Made by a program: the position numbers and the translations under genes. From Amoebophrya sp. A120 (Eukaryota; Protista; Dinoflagellata), in NCBI GenBank assembly GCA_905178155.1, contig CAJINV010000005.1, forward strand, positions 8,471,591 to 8,535,590: a DNA stretch of 64,000 nucleotides. Reading direction: 5' to 3'. Below the pieces are notes generated by a model, which was given only the letters and a program-made list of their open reading frames with translations, searched no databases and was not told where the DNA came from. This document shows, in pieces, positions 62,501 to 64,000 of the stretch. Within the stretch, counting starts at the first letter, position 1; each line of letters begins with the position of its first letter.

Positions 62501-64000
62501 TGGCAAGTAGATTCATTTGGCGCCGGAACTCTAAACAGCTTACTTGTTCCTCAGCGCTAGTGCGCTCGCTATTGCTCTGCTCGTGTATATGAATGTTTTA
62601 TTGTTTGGTCTCCGCTTGTGGATGACCGGCGATTCGCGCCTGCTCTGGTCTACTAGCCGCGCGTTACTCTTTCAGTTCGTGTGGGCTCCTGGTGCTGCGA
62701 TCACCGTCGGGAGTTGAACAACACGAGAACATAAGGACGTCGGAGGTTTGAGAGCTTTATACTATTCGACTTCTTACTGCATTTTGATCCTTTTGCATCC
62801 CTCACGCACGACCAGGATCTTTCAGTAGTTTGAAGCCCGCCGAAGTTTTGCGCGCGGATTTAGCTTTCTTACCCCCCTCGAAAAAAGGGGAGTCTCCTGA
62901 CCCTTATGGTCGTCCCTGCCGCCGGTGGTAGCGTGCGCGTCGCCACTCTGATCTGATCTGACTATGTAGGTTATCTCTCTCTCTCTCTGTTGTTTTGTTG
63001 GGGTATGTTTTAATTTATTTCGCTAAGCTTATGTTGTACTTCTCTTAGATTGAAAATGTTTTACAAATGGTAGCGTTTTGAAAGATCCAGAAAAATGAGG
63101 CTCCTCGTCCTAGCTGAAGACGAACAAAGCTTGTTTTTCTTTTAGAAAGTGGCCCCCTTACCTTTAAGTAAAGATCCAGAAAAATGGAGATTCCCGCCCA
63201 TTCTAGACAGGAACAGAAGGGTCCACAAGAGTGCGTTTTTCTACTTCTTTTTTCCATATTTCACTTCTTTCTCGATTAGTTTTGTTTTCTCTATTAGTCT
63301 TTGTGCTTGTTGCTTCATTTTTTTTTCCTTGCTATAATCTCTTGAGTTCTATCGTAGTTGTAGGTCACTGCTATTTTTTTTCCTCTTCCATTGCCATTGC
63401 GGTTTTCACCATTGCCAACGCTGACTACTCGTAGTTCTGTCTGTGCAAACGAGATGTAAAAGGAAGCACTACACGACAAACATCGCGCGGCAAAGGAGTA
63501 GAAGAAATTAGTTGTCACGATGAAAACGTTTTAAAGTTGGGAAGTGGCTTTACAAACTGCGTTCTCTATGGTTTTGGCATATGTAAGTAGAGTACTACGT
63601 GTGGGAGTACATTTTTTTGGCTTAAGTTCTTTCACAGGGGTCGAAGTCGAATAGTTTGAACATACTTGCTACACGCATTTTTACAAGCTGACGCAAATTT
63701 TGTGTATGTTCGAACTTCCCCCGTGTTTTGTTTAATACTTTAGTAGTTTACTTCAAAATGCTTTTATTGTTGTAACTCTCTTAGCATCGGTCCGTGCGTA
63801 GCATTGCAAGCTCGCAAGCATCCGTGCATCTGAGCGCCATTCTCTAAATTTAGCGAGCGCTGGAAGTGGATGGAAGGCTTTGCATTACAAGCGAAAATGT
63901 AAAACACGTCCATCCAACCCGATCTCTAATGAAACACTTTCGCGTGAAGTATGACATTACTGTCAACAGCGCTACGCGCTAAAGCTTGCACTCGCGCCAT

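Noticed and set aside
61644-62506. ORFs 61644-62162 (+) and 62159-62506 (-)
   Set aside because: No recognisable domain or exon chain; cannot be supported as genes.
57521-63627. TTTTGGCTTGAG (~57522) and TTTTGGCTTAAG (~63615) as relics of the dinoflagellate spliced leader
   Set aside because: Only ~11 nt of similarity and not upstream of a gene; compatible with chance.

Overview
Eukaryotic protist DNA, not prokaryotic. The architecture matches the parasitic syndinian dinoflagellate Amoebophrya (A120-like; identified from architecture and recall of Farhat et al. 2021 BMC Biol, not from a search). Every gene I could reconstruct lies on the + strand. Coding sequence is broken up by 64 complete short elements (~125-360 bp) of about 9 families. 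Each starts TAT and ends ATA (a few have variant ends), carries terminal inverted repeats (TIRs) and is flanked by a 5-bp direct repeat (DR). Removing element plus one DR restores the reading frame, including inside the kinase HRDLK and KH GxxG motifs, so these are non-canonical introns ('introners'). There are also 13 canonical GT-AG introns. Manual splicing gives a membrane protein, a KH-domain RNA-binding protein, a small three-member paralog family, two intronless DUF5519/fungal-luciferase-like genes, a 20-intron two-TM protein, a PAN/apple-like type I membrane protein, an atypical Ser/Thr kinase and a secreted protein. The window also holds a composite satellite block (10-, 24- and ~90-bp units) and several diverged local duplications. 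Main leads: a GCATNACA/TGTNATGC motif shared by all intron types in both orientations; the same introners working in either orientation; reciprocal filled and empty sites between paralogs; duplication breakpoints inside introners; and canonical introns that look like aged introners. Coordinates were counted by hand and may be off by 1-2 nt.
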